The position numbers and the translations under genes were made by a program. The notes beneath the pieces are model-generated. The model was not told the origin of the DNA. It saw nothing but the letters and a program-made list of their open reading frames with translations, and did no database searches. A DNA stretch of 64,000 nucleotides from contig CM060734.1 of assembly GCA_030704615.1 (NCBI GenBank), forward strand, positions 48,174,001-48,238,000, in the 5' to 3' direction. Positions 24,224 through 37,404 of this stretch are shown piece after piece; position 1 is the first letter of the stretch, and every line of letters begins with the position of its first letter. The stretch comes from Takakia lepidozioides (Eukaryota > Plantae > Bryophyta).

Positions 24224-27200
24224 TACCTTCAGGCACTCAGCTACTGAGAATGGCATTGTCGGAGATCACGAATTTGCCGTTGAGCAAGCAGCCTCCTTAT
24301 AACGTGCGGGTTGCAATTGATGGAAAGTGCACCATTGATTTTGAGAGGTCGATTACTAGAGGAGCAGACACCGAAGTCAAACTTCTCTAAAAAACGGAGA
24401 GCAGGAGGTACGAACATAGATCTCTGGCTTGATTCATCCCTTTATCCCATTGACCTAGCTACAGGAGTACGTCCCAACATGAGTTCCATAAGAGACTTGC
24501 TTCAATTCGTGGGAGATGGAGAGGAGGGTTTGATTGGAATGCTTGTAGTAAAATAGCATAGATGACAATGCTAATTGTTTAAGTTGATAATTTGCAGCAT
24601 GTATTGGTCAAGCACACCCCGTGGTTTGTTGAAAGGTATGGAAGCCTATCTGTCTGGTCATGTCAATGAATGGAAAACTCGCATCACGCGGCAAAAGCGG
24701 CATATCAGCGTCATACTCAACATGCTGGAACAAAATGCAAGAAAAGTCCTTTGGTACAGACCTGGAACACTGGTTCAGGATCATTCAACATAGATTCAGA
24801 AACAAAAGCCTTCAATCAAATGTTGCCATTGGTAGCCTTAGAGGTGAGGAGGCAATTCAGGCCCGACGTACAGCATCCTTAAACTCAACCGCAGCAGCGC
24901 ACAACGCTTTGTGGAGATTAAGATGCACTCGGGTTGGCAGTAGATGGGTACCAAAGTCTGAAGAGCTGATTGTAGAAGAGCCGATTGAGGAGTCACCGGA
25001 GGAGCCAATTGCGGACTCCCAGGTATGAGGTTCAAAGTTTAACCACTTCATGCGTTGCAAACAACATTCGGTACTTTCCTATGTTTTGTTTTGCTTGTTT
25101 TGATGTAAGTGTTGATGTTCTCACATGTGCCCGCATCATTCATTGCGAGCTGACAAAACTGCGATGGAACCAAGCCTAGGTCCTGCAGGTGAGGGATGCA
25201 TGGGTCTTACCTGGCCTAGGTCTTACATGTAAACACAAGCTACCTACAGACCTAACTATACCTGCAACATTAGTACCTCATCAACAAATTCTGGCTTTTG
25301 GTCTGTGTCAGAGCAGTCAAGCGCCTTCTTGGCAACTTTAGCCTCAGCTTGAGCTTCTTCAGCAATAGCCTGCAGGCAGCTCCCTCATGTTGTCATGTTG
25401 TCATGTGCAGGCAGCTCCCTCACTGAGGACAACACCAAGACCACCAAGATCGAGTATCTCCAGCTTCTGTGGATCCACCAAGCCAAGCCTCCAGAAGTGC
25501 ATGCGTTTGGTTACATCACCATCATACTTTGGTGGATTGTAGCCAGAAGGCCTAGTGCAACTAGGCTCCAAGACAATACAAAACAAAGAAATAGCTCAAC
25601 TAGTTGTCTGTCATCATCTCCATCAGACCACAACCAATGTAGGAATACCTGGGAACAATGGTGTACCTCACATCAAGTCATACAAAGTAGAAACTGTAAG
25701 TTCACTCATCACCCGTTCCTTCACAGTCTTGTCCACCCATGTACAACAAGTTCTTCCTCCTTCCTCATTCAGCATCCCTCCTTTCCTCCATCATGTCCTG
25801 TAATATACTTTGCCATCCAACCTTACACTACAAAGAAGACTAGTTGCTTTCACTTCTCAGCAGAATGACCACTCTTGATAAACCTGGTATGACACCTTCC
25901 AGTAATATCAGGCACCTTGAACGAATTCACAACTAGGGTTTGTCGACTAGGGCAAAAGATCGATAAGCACGTCTCCCTAACCCGCTCTCCTACGAAGCAC
26001 CGCTCTCCCGAGCATCACCGCTGTGCACTGAACACTGGAATGTTTTGCTGTTACCTGGTTCAGCTTCTTTGAAATGGGAACACAATACCAGCTGTGCTTG
26101 GGGTTGAGCCTAACTAGTCTGAACCTGAAGCTGCAGCCATTGCCGCTTCTTCTCCTTGTACAGTGCTCTTTGTACAGTACATATAAACATACCCAGACCA
26201 AGACCAAATGCCCAAAGATATCGTTGCCCAAAGAATTCTCCAAGTCCTCGTTTGTTGAGTCCTTCATGTCATCCATACTCGCATGTTCCATCTCCTCATC
26301 GCTCGAAAGCTTCATCTTGCCTGGACTTGCTGCTCAGGGGGCGGGCGGTCGTCGCTGCCGGTGGCGGATGCAGATACTGGTTTTACGCACACACTCTCCC
26401 TCTCTAAGTATTTAGTGTGAGTAATGTAACAGATAGTGAAAAGCAACTCACCTATCAACTAATCTTCACATTTACAAACCAGACTCATACAAAATGGAAG
26501 CATGGATAAAGAAGCAGACCCCATATCAATCTGTGCACCAAACATCCATCCATTCAATCTCATCTAAATCTAAACTTGAGTATAAGTATAAAGAAAGTTT
26601 CTATATTTCCAACGGATCATCAGAGCATTCTTGGTTATCATGGTATTCTTTAACACATCGCCAAACAGAAGGTCCTCGGTTCGAATCTTTGAACAATTCA
26701 CATCACATAATAAAGGTAATATTTTGTGTTCAACTAATTTTTTGTAAATTGCTCAACACAATCTGATAAGCGCAAAGTCGCCAATGGTTTTCGAGAAATG
26801 AAAGTGTTGGTGGTGTGTGTTAATTAGGATGCAATATGTGAGGAAACATCGACCCGTCTCCCTCTTGGATGGGGAGGTAGTACCACATATTGATTGTGGC
26901 CCAGGAGCGACCATTTTTCGTGGCGAGAGCCAACCATTGCACCTGACCCAATACAAGCTGCTGGACACAATTGTAGAAGGAACCGGGGTCAAATTTCAGG
27001 TGATGTGGAGGATGTTGACACTCCGGGATCAAGTCGGGCGCGCCGTGGTTGCCCCCTCGTGGACCACCCCGTCCACCCACGTCCACCTTTGACCCCCCCC
27101 CCCCCCCGATAGGATTGAGTGTTGGTCCACTAAGTGTTGGGCACGGATACCGCCGAGCGGCACCAGACCACCAAGGCGGCGACCGCATATTGTCGAAAAA

Positions 27201-27624
27201 CATTACGCGAAGAACTTGATTGCGGATGCGGCAAATGTGAGTTTTTTTCCCACCCCTCTCATTAACATTCATTCATAGTACATTTGGTTTATCTAATAAT
27301 ATAGTATGATTGGTAAGCATACATGAATCCAAATTACGACATAAGTATTATGTACACTACGCATATTGCAGCCACGACTTGATGCCCCAAGCTCGCAATC
27401 ACATTGCACGAGAGGCATTTTGCGCCGGTCTGCTTGCAGAATTTGTGCCAAAACCTAGGCCTAATGTAACCAGTTGGTTCCCCCAGCACCACGTAGATGA
27501 GATGCATAGGGTCGAGGGGTATCGTAGGTGTTGTAAGCATTATGGTCGGTGACGAACAGTCCCACCCCCCCCCCCCCCCCTCCGGTTTCCTCAGGCGGTC
27601 CCCCTGATCCAATGTCCTCATCTG

Positions 27625-28509
27625 ATGATTCTCTGCGCCATACATGTAGTAGTAGTAGCTTGCAGGCCGATTGTGCCTCAACCACCACCACTTACATCTC
27701 CTCCGCCAGCAGTACCACCTCCACCTCCACCTCCACATGCATGTGCCCCGAGAACCCCTAGGCGGGGTCGGCTTTGCCCTAGGTTTCCTCCCCTTCGGCT
27801 TGGGCGGCCTGAGCCGGATCCTCGCCCCCGATGGGAAGTGCATAGGACTATGTTACTAAGGACCATCTAGCCTCGTTGTTGGGAGAATAATCTCAACCCT
27901 CCTACCCCCATCCGAGAGAATGTGGAGTTCGAGTATTGGGATAGACGGTATGTTGTGAGAGCCGCTACTGACCCTGATATGGGTCGGGGTTTATTCACGG
28001 TCAATGATATTGTGGTTCCTCCTCGGAGAAACAACATGGTGGACTTGTTCCCCTACTACAGTCCATGCTACACCTCCGAGGAGTTCCGTACATTACGCCT
28101 CGAAGCCCCATATATCCTACCCTACATTTTGTGTGTCAACAGACAGGATGTACGTAGACGGGGGGTGTCTCCCATTGAGATCAGATTTTGTGATGGTGAC
28201 CCCGATATCTCCGACAATGTTGCTAGGCTCATCAACAGTTCTTTTGGTCATCTTAGGACAACCAATGTAGTATGGGACGAGTGAAGCGATGGGCATGAGA
28301 GCTTTTGTGGTCATACGTCGGTATATTGTGAGGGGATGCACATGTTTGTGATGACATGTGCTAGTAGGACTATTAGGGTTGACAACGAGCTATTTGCCTC
28401 ATACGAGTTCTCCCGGGATGATTGGGACCTCCGGTTACAGCATGAGTGGGATGTGTATGATAGAAATAGGGTTCCTTGGAGACACAGATCGCATAGAGGG
28501 GCATTGTAG
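27625..28509 (+). pseudogene. Intronless SET-domain (lysine methyltransferase-like) gene with a Pro-rich N-terminus and two in-frame stops
   Basis: One frame gives DMGRGLFT ... DGDPDISDNVARLINSS ... TCASRTIRVDNELFASY, matching SET GxGLF, ARxINxS and IxxGEELxxxY. Stops at 27868 and 28282. Confidence 0.65.
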
Positions 28510-29039
28510 ATATTGTCATGATGTACTTTGTATACAACCGATTAATCGATTGATGTAAATATTTGCATTCGTGTCTTTTCCGAATCGACTGGGTGTCCGC
28601 CAACCACTCCGGGAACCACTTGGCAGTAAGCGGGACTACTGGAGAGTCGAAACGGACAATATGGGCCCACGGGGGCATTTCAGACGGCGGGCAGAAGTGG
28701 GGTCAACGACTCCGGAGTCGTAGCAAAAATCCGGGCTATTTAATTAATTACGTAAATACATAAGATTTGAAAAAATGGAAATTACAAGTGGTTCTAATTA
28801 CTGCACTTGCGACTAGAAATTTTCATTCATAATTTGATTAATGGAATAAAGATATTTATTCATTAAAGTGAATACGTAGTCGACTCAACGACTCCATGAG
28901 CCACTGCGCATTGATTGCACCCGCCACATTTGCTGACGTGTGTTTCACAAAAACAGGTAAAGAAAATGTGGCCTTTGGGAAATAGATATTTTAATATGTA
29001 CTGCCTCCACCTGGAAGTGACATGGAAGGTCCATGGTCC

Positions 29040-30622
29040 AGCTTGTAGGGTTTGTTGTTCTGAACACCACCGTGGTGGACATGTATGAAGAATGCGGGAG
29101 CATTGAAGATGCGAAGGTAGTGTTCGACTGTGGCTCAACGAGATGTGGTGTCGTGGAGTGTGATGATTGCATTGGCAACAAGGCAAGGATGTATGCATGA
29201 TTTTTGCAGAGACAGTGATAGCTAAAGGAGCAGGATAGAGTGTGGGTCCATATTCATCAAAGAGGGTCGGAATTCAAGCTCCAGATTACCTATGGTTCCC
29301 TGTGGAAGGATAGCTACAGAAAACCTCCATGGGTAGATGGTCAGCTGGAAGCGGCAATTGTAGCGGCACAGTTGATAAAATCAGGCACCTCAACCATGAC
29401 CACAACTTCTGGAAGAGGATCAAGAGATGGAGTCTACAATGCCTCTTCTGGCACTTATGGGCATGTGAAGATGCTTTATGAGGCAGGCAGACTGAAAGAG
29501 GCTCTACAAACTTTGAACCAAAGAGGCATTTCAGCAGATGTAGATACGTATGTGTGCATCAAGATGAAAGGCCTAGAAGTTGGAAAGCAGGTGCACACTC
29601 ACATTGTCCAAGAATGCCTCAACGATCTTTGATCACGTGGAATATAATGTTGGTAGGATTACCAAGCATGGGCGTGGTACGAATGCTTTGGAGACCTGTG
29701 AGCAAATGATGCGCGAAGGGGTGAAGCTCAACCACATCGCGTTTGTATGTGTTTGCAATGCGTGTGCAAGCCTGGAAAAGGGGAACGAGGTCCATGGTGA
29801 CATCGGTCAAAGCTGGAATTGCATCGGATGTCATTCTGAACACCGCCCTGACCTGGACATGTATGCCAAATGTGGATGCATTGAGGATGCAAAGGGAGTT
29901 TTCGACACTATGGCTGAACGAGATGTGGTGTTGTGGAGTGCGATGCTTGCAGGGTATGCACATCAGGGACGTGGGATGGAAGCTTTGGAGACCTATGATC
30001 CAATGATGGGGGAGGGGGTGAAGCCCGGCCACTTTGTGTGCATTTGCAATGCTTGTGCAAGCCTGGCAGCCCTGGACAAGGGCAAAGAGGTGCATGGGGA
30101 TATCATCAAAGCTGGAATTGTACCAAATGTCATTATGAACACTGCCCTGGTAGCTCTGGAAAAGGGGAAAGAGGTCCATGGCGACATCTTCAGAGCTGGA
30201 ATTGTGAACCATACCTTGGTGGACATGTATGCGAAATGTGGGTGCATCGAGCCTGGACGAGGGCAAAGAGGTGCATGGGGTATCATATGCATCAAAGCTG
30301 GAATTGTACCAAATGTCATCATGAACACTGCCATGGCAGCTCTGGAAAAAGGGGAAAGAGGTCCATGGCGACATCTTCAGAGCTGGAATTGTACCAAATG
30401 TCATTCTGAACCATATCCTGGTGGATGTCCATGTATGCAAAATGTGGGTGCATTGAGCCCTGGACAAGGGCAAAGCGGTGCATGGGGTATCATCAAAGCT
30501 GGAATGTACCAAATGTCATTATGAACACTGCCCTGGCAGCTCTGGAAAAGTGGAAAGAGGACCATGGCAACATCTTCAGAGCTGGAATTGTACCAAATGT
30601 CAGTCTGAACCATACCCTGGTA
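29040..30622 (+). pseudogene. PLS-type PPR pseudogene with internal tandem duplications, cut by element A
   Basis: DMYAKCGCIEDAKGVFDTMAERDVVLWSAMLAGYAHQGRG; repeated AGIVPNVIMNTAL..LEKGKEVHGDI blocks; frameshifts. Ends at NHTLV|GGGGGCTG. Confidence 0.85.
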
Positions 30623-33279
30623 GGGGGCTGCTATTTCATGAGCGGCATGAGCATGAGCGGAAAAAAAAAAGCATGAGTAGACCATTGTGAGTCCACGGAA
30701 ATAGGGTTAGGAGGCACGGAAATAGGGTCATGTGAAGTTGGAATGTGGCACCAGTGGACTTGAAATGCAACATTTTATTGCAAATTTTGTGGCAAGCCAC
30801 GTCTATACAAGTGTGTTCTAACTGTCATAGCCGGAATGGGCACTACTCTCCTACATCCTCCGAGGAACTTGCCCCACCTTCTTCCTCATCCCCCTCATCC
30901 CCCTCATCCTCCGAGCTCTGTGATGCATCAGTTCCACTATGCCTCTCAAAAATCCCGTCCTCTCCTTGGGGGACTGTCCACCTCACCTCCTGGGAATCTT
31001 CTGCGTCTTCTCCCCCACTTTCCTCAGCAGAATCCAAGACAAATCTACGAGCCCGACGGGCTCTAATAGCTGCTGCCTCCTCCCTCATCTTCATTTTCTT
31101 GAGGCTTGCCTCGTCTAAAATCTGCTGTACACGACTAGGTTCGGAACACCTCCTAATGGACACCGAAGCAAGCCGGGCAGCATAAGTAGGAAGGATGTAC
31201 TCCCTTTCTGGACTAGGCATGAAATCCCCCCTGGCAAAAAAAGGCATGTTCCTCCTGCCCATGAACTCCGGTGTAGACGTCCCTCCGGCAGTACTTGGCA
31301 TCCTAAGAACAAATCCACTTCAAGAATGTCAATACCAGCACAACCAGAAAGGGTTTTCAATGAAATAAGAGAGCGGAGGGAGGTGCCTCACGAAATCTGG
31401 AGGCAACTTACAATGCCACCACTCACTCGTAAACCGGGGGCTCCTCGGCCTCGATCCCAACTTCCTCCCCCTGCTCCTTCTCGGATTTTTCCTCATCCTC
31501 CGAGGATGCCTCTTCCTCTTTCGGCAGACGTTCAGCCGCTGCAAGTTCCGAGTTGTGGAGGGCAGTATCTGGCTCGAAGGCGAACACATGCCTGTCGGAC
31601 AACGTCCCTGCCCACACTGAAGCACCTGAGGAACAAAGCGGGCGGTTAATAGCTTGCGGCATGCAATTGCAATCGGGCCAGGGGACAAACTGAGCACGTG
31701 AAGGCTTACCCGTGCTGCATGTGAGGTCCAGAATCCGCCCTTGGACATCCGAGCACGTCTCCATGAGGGTTTGGATGAAAGCAGGGCTCCGGGTCCGGCT
31801 ATACCGCCACGGTTTGCATGTCTTTGTGTCCTTCGGCATACTGGAGTGGGGCACATAGTTGTAGAGGACATCGTAGGTTACAGGGTCCACAGCGGCATCA
31901 ACAAGACGACCGTCGTTGCGGAATTTGAACGTAGACCCTCTCTTCACAAAACAATATGCCTCAAACACCAATGTCTGCACATCCAACAAAGAAAGGATCA
32001 ACTCCAGGGTCTACTTAACATACACCACAATATGAAGTGAATGCAATAGATTGATAACTTACACTTTGGCCCTCTGTTCGCAACCCCTGTGTACTGATGC
32101 AGAACCATTTTCTGAGGAGGACCGGGGTGACACTTTTCGGTGTCCACCTTGCCACCGCAGTCTCTATGGTCTTCCCTCTCGTGGCAAGGACAACCACACA
32201 TCCACCGTCATCTTGAAGCATCCCCGCCAGCCCAAACCCGCTTTCCAGTAGTCCTCAGTAAACCTGTTCCAGGTGGGCACACCATCCAGGCCCTCCAGCA
32301 GCTCCCCATCTGGAATGTCGAGGAGAATCATGTCGCAAGCTCTCTCCACCTCAACCCCCCCCCCCCTGAGTGCTCTTGCAATTCGTGCTCACAGCCGTGA
32401 AGAATTCCATCATGGCTTCAAAACCAGGGGTGTCTTTAGGCTCTGTACCGCCAGCCCTCTTCTTGGCTTTCCCCTTCTGCTCCGCCAGAGACTTGCTGTG
32501 TGCCACCTTCTTCGCCCTGGCAGCGAGAGCGTCAAGGAAGCTCTCATTGACGCATTGGATGATGGTTGGAGGTTCTAGCTTTGGCCTGTGCGTAAACGTC
32601 ACCGCCGAATACCGCCGTGTAGGCTCGCCCTCAAATGCCAACTTCTTGGCAGAGCCAGTCCCACTCCGAACTGACTTGGGAACCCGGACGACCGGTGACT
32701 GGGTAGGAGCAACAGCAGTCGCAGGACCTTGAACAAAGTCGTCGTCCGAGTCACTCTCTTGGGTCCCCTCCTGCGCCTCCTCCGATGCCCCGATGGTTTT
32801 CTTCTTTTTGGGTGTTACTGCACTCACCTGTTTCCTTGTCCTTTTCCTTTGGCCTTTACTCTTCTCATGCAATTTCTCCTGAATTCCTACCTGAGCAAGC
32901 TCTGCCGCTTTCCTGGAGTTTGCAAGCGCTTTTGCCTCTTTTGCACCCAACGGAGGCAGCGGAGCCCGGTTTCGTCGGAATTCAGCATCCAGCTTCAATT
33001 GAAACTCGGATGGGTCGAGCGAGCCGGGCGGAAGGTCCACATACCAAGGGCAATCATGCAAATGTTCCAGATGCCACTCCTTCACAATATCGTCAGTGTA
33101 CATGGAGTCAGCCCCAGGGTTCCTCCATGCCAGGAAGAATGGTGGCTCGAAAGACAGATGACCTTTCTCCAAAATGGAGAACTTGTAGTACCTGCATTCA
33201 TGAAAAACACAATGAGGTCCCTGAAATGCATATTCGGCACCATTTTCCCAGGTTGGGGCGGATGTGAGTGGGCCTAGAA

Positions 33280-33945
33280 ATGGAAACATGGCGCCGAATT
33301 TCGGTTTTCGGTGACTGCCACCCTAGGGACTTAGCCATCTTGGGAGCCCTGAACTGGAAATTCGGCGCCATTTTTCCCGGTTTGGCCCAAAGATGGCTAA
33401 GTCCCTGAACGGCAATAGGGCCTAGAACTGGAAAATGGCGCCGAATTTCCAGTTCAGGGCCAGCCACCCTAGGGACTTAAATGGCTAAGTCCCTGAACGG
33501 CAATAGGGCCTAGAACTGGAAAATGGCGCCGAATTTCCAGTTCCGGGCCAGCCACCCTAGGGACTTAGCCCGAAAATGGCTAAGTCCCTGAACGGCAATA
33601 GGGCCTAGAACTGGAAAACGGCGCAGAATTTCCAGTTCGGGGCCAGCCACCCTAGGGACTTAGCCCGAAAATGGCTAAGTCCCTGAACGGCAATAGGGCC
33701 TAGAACTGGAAAACGGCGCCGAATTTCCAGGTCGGGGCCCACCAGTCTAGGGACTTAGCCCGAAAATGGCTAAGTCCCTGAACGGCAATAGGGCCTAGAA
33801 CTGGAAAACGGCGCCGAATTTCCAGTTCGGGGCCCGCCAGTCTAGGGACTTAGCCCGAAAATGGCTAAGTCCCTGAACGGCAATAGGGCCTCGAACTGGA
33901 AAACGGCGCCGAATTTCCAGTTCGGGGCCCACCAGTCTAGGGATA
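33280..33945. repeat. Intronic 95-bp tandem array carrying A-type palindromes; continues inverted at 35310-35550
   Basis: ATGGCTAAGT recurs at 33481, 33576, 33671, 33766 and 33861. Each unit holds CTGGAAAAYGGCGCCGAATTTCCAG and a GGCTAAGTCCCT/AGGGACTTAGCC inverted pair. Confidence 0.93.
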
Positions 33946-35550
33946 TCGCAGTCTTCTCAAAGCTGCAATGGCCGACGTCAACTCGTAAGCTACAACGCCT
34001 CTCGCTTTTGGACTTTGAATTTGGAAGTCATTTCATTGCGAATCCTCATATATGATGAAAATTCCCATTTCAGTATTGTTTGATGGAAATGTGGCACTGC
34101 AGGGTGACTGAGAATGCCTTCAATGCCACCAACTTGTCCCATATGCTCTTCCGAGTGAAGGATGTCGGGAAGCAGGGGGTGCAAGAGTTTGCCAATTCCC
34201 TTAGTGCCGACCTCCTGCGCAAGTCGGAGGCAAAGGCAGACAGAACCTGGTATAGGCTGAGCGTCAACCCCATGGTGGACTACATATTTCGGGTAAAGCT
34301 CCTGACAGTTTTGTTGAGCTAATCTGTCTCTCCTCCCCCAATAGAAGAAAAGGTCTTCACCGTGATTTCTAATCTCCTCCCCAATAGAAGAAATTGTGTT
34401 GAGCAGGATCTCTAATCTTATGTGCGCATTCTTGACAGACGAAAATACAGCAGGATTTGGCACATGCGCGGAGGTTCTACATGGAGTCAGAGGAGAAGAA
34501 TCCAACCCTCCCGGAACTCGAATCGTATGTCAAAGCTGCGGAGGTGAGGGCCCGCATAAAGTACAAGTCGCGGATGGTAAAGTACGTGGCCATAGCTCAT
34601 CCCGCCCTTGGTGCCGACTTTCTGGTGGAGGTGGGGAAGCACTACTCTCGCGCTCTGAAGCCCACGATGACATTGGAGAAGCTCCATCGTCTAGCCACAT
34701 CCTGTGTGGATGCAACAGAAAAGGTGATACATTCTTAACCAAATTGTGGTGGCAACAACTCCTTTTTGTGGTGTTTGGCGCTTACGAATATGCTGGGTGG
34801 TTGGACAGACCCGGTGGCTCCAAATCTAGAATGGTTCCCAAAGTACCAGGGACATGTGGAGCTTCCCCAAACCGGACAAACTCTCTGACCCCACATTCGA
34901 CATGTGGATGAACCGCATGACATGGTGGTTTCAGGTACTTCCCCATGCTTCGTTTGGGGCTTCTACTCTAGTAGGGGGTGGATTCATTGTATTTTTTCAG
35001 GAAAGCGATCTGATGGAGAATCTCCACAGGTGACAATGAATGCGCAAGAGCAGCTGGACACACAAGCACATCAGTTCAAGATGGAGATATCTCCTGCAGC
35101 AGAGAGCCTACGTGACTATGTGACGAGGTACTTTCTGCTCTACAAAACCAACCTATTCTTTCGGGAGATAGCAGATGCTCACCGGAGCCACGAGTTCACC
35201 GACCAGCCGAACGCGGACAAAGCAGCAATGCGCCTTCTGTACAGGTACATACGCGCTGCCTTTCTTTCAAGTCCTTGCATTTCAGGATGTTAGAGGCCTC
35301 ATGTGGTATTAGGGAAAATGGCACCGAATTTCCAGTCAGGGCTCCGAAAATGGCTAAGTCTCTAGACTGGCTGGCCCTGAACTGGAAATTCGGCGCCATT
35401 TTCCAGTTCTAGGCCCTATTGCCGTTCAGGGACTTGGCCATTTTCGGGCTAAGTCCTAGACTGGAGGGCCCGGAACTGGAAATTCGGCGCTATTTTCCAG
35501 TTCTAGGCCCTATTGCCATTCAGGGACTTAGCCATTTTCGGGCTAAGTCC
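33945..35550 (+). other. Internal inversion carrying the middle exons of the element A ParB-MTase gene
   Basis: Plus-strand SLLKAAMADVNS|gt, VTENAF..DRTWYRLS, AHARRFYMESE and AAMRLLYR|gt correspond to minus-strand exons of B at 47.8-49.0 kb. Confidence 0.85.
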
Positions 35551-37404
35551 CTTTGGGCCCCGCAACCTTCAGCACAACACAATCCACGGCGAAATGCCAA
35601 TCGAGGTCGTTGGGGTGGGCTTGGGCAATGTGCTCCATCCATGCCAGGAGGCGATGATTGCCATCCCACACGTAGAACATCTTACCGGACAAGTGCTGGA
35701 AAAGAGGATCACTAGCAATCGATCTCTCGAACTCCTCATTTCGCGTTTGCCAATGGGGACCCCATTTGTCCACCTCATCGGAAGTGTGGGCACGGGAAGC
35801 TCCGTGGTCGTTCTCAATGGAAACGTAAAACGCGGCAGACCCCATTCGATATCCATCCCGGAAAGAGAATTTCAGCTTGTCGATATCGCCTGGGAGGGCT
35901 GGTCTCACCACCTGCAATGACACCAAGCGGCAAAGGGGAATTCAAAGCTTGGCCGAGTACACCATGCCCCCCAGCACCCTGCCAATGTTGCTGTGGGTTG
36001 CCTCCAACATCTTGGCAGCGGCCAACTTCATATCCGCCTCAGACATGACGTCTGCTGCAGAGGGGTTTTCCGGCAGCCCACCAGGACCGCCAAATCCAGC
36101 CTGTATGCTCCGGGTTTGGGGCCTGGGGATGTCCGGGAGGATGTCATCCTGGTCAGAAAGCTCCCTGTCGTCCTCCTCAACAGGGTCAGCCACCTGCGAA
36201 ACCACCTCCAGCACTCTCCCCGTCTCTACTGCCCTCTCCCTGGCTTCACCTCGAACTTGCACAATCCGTGCTCTTTCAGGTGTTCTTTCCTCTCCTCCAC
36301 TCTCCACCGTATGGGTAATTGCAGGGGCTGCTCTTGCCCGCGATGGTCTAACCGGTGTGTTACTGCCTCTCTGTGGTGTCTTGGAGGGATCCACCGTCTC
36401 TGTGCGTCCCTCGCTTACATTGGCATCTGTCATTTGGGCACCCTGGCCTCTTCAGTGGCCTTTTCTCTTTCCTCCTGGCTAGCATTCTGTCTCGTCTGTT
36501 CTTTTGCCCTCTCTTTTGCCCTCTCACGGGTTTTCTGTTTCTTACTAGGGCTAGCAGCAGGGGAGCCCTCCAGGACGACCACCTTTGATTGAGGCGAACT
36601 GACACCCTCGCGCGCACTGCTCACTCCCCCCTCCGCAGCCCGTGACGGCTCTCTCGCCGGGGATTGCACGTGCTTAGCTTTCTTCTTTTTCTTTGCGTGG
36701 GCGGGCCCTACTGCATGTGCATGAACAACCTCCATTGCCGATCTGCTGTCCTCATGTCCTCAACGCCCTTCACCTGCCATGCCGCCTGCACCCAACCTCC
36801 CCAATGCCTATTCTGTCGTACTCTCGTTGCAAGTCCTCCCGTCCACCAACAAAAGGTTTAAGTTTGCCCTCTCGAACCAAGTTGGGCGATTCAAACATGC
36901 GATGAGTTGGAGCTGTCGATGATACCACCAGCGTGCCGGGCTCGTCGTCACTCTGTCATTCCCAAAAATCGTGAAAACCAACATCGGTGCAAAAACCAGC
37001 ATCGCAACGAGCAGCGCAACCACCATAGCAACAATCGTGTAACAAAAATGAAAACATAACAAGTTTAGGAAGTATGGAGAGCCATGCAACAACAATGAAA
37101 ACAAATGCAACCATTGCCTGAGAATGACATGCACAAGCAGCCTTCTCCAGAGCTGCCGGATTTGCACACGCATTGCAAACAATCTAAGGTTCACTCATCC
37201 AGCGAAGCCAGGATGAAGATGCAAAAACAAAGCGAGGCAACAAAGCGAAAGCAAAAAAGAAATCGAACAAAGCGAAAGCAGAAGTGGCTTGCCTGAGAGT
37301 ACTCGGCTTCAGTTGGCGCGGGTTGTGAGCAAGACACTGGAATCTCCTGCTGGAGCTTCAGTTTGGCTATGCGAGAGATTGGCCGTCGTCCGTAGTACAG
37401 AGCT

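Larger units (their letters stand above)
30843..36735 (-). pseudogene. Multi-exon ParB/Srx-like plus beta-class N6A/N4C methyltransferase-like gene of element A; middle exons inverted
   Basis: FYVWDGNHRLLAW (35543-35926); CDMILLDIPDG (~32.3 kb); RSPAFIQTLMETCSDVQGRILDLTCSTG|ASVWAGTLSDRHVFAFEPD. Exon-by-exon homology to the B gene. The 5' start is uncertain. Confidence 0.75.

Noticed and set aside
24311-26415. Possible LINE ORF2 tail and Harbinger-like N-terminal ORFs
   Set aside because: No diagnostic motifs; cannot be supported.
26630-26690. tRNA gene (GGTTCGAATC B-box)
   Set aside because: No acceptor or anticodon stems could be formed; at most a degenerate SINE-like head.
26760-27552. 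piggyBac-like transposase C-terminus upstream of the SET gene
   Set aside because: Only a vague H/C pattern; no DDD core and no TTAA-bounded TIR pair found.
35543-35926. Bacterial contamination or a chromosomal parABS locus
   Set aside because: The ParB-like exon belongs to a gene with spliceosomal introns inside TIR-bounded elements, and no parA is present.
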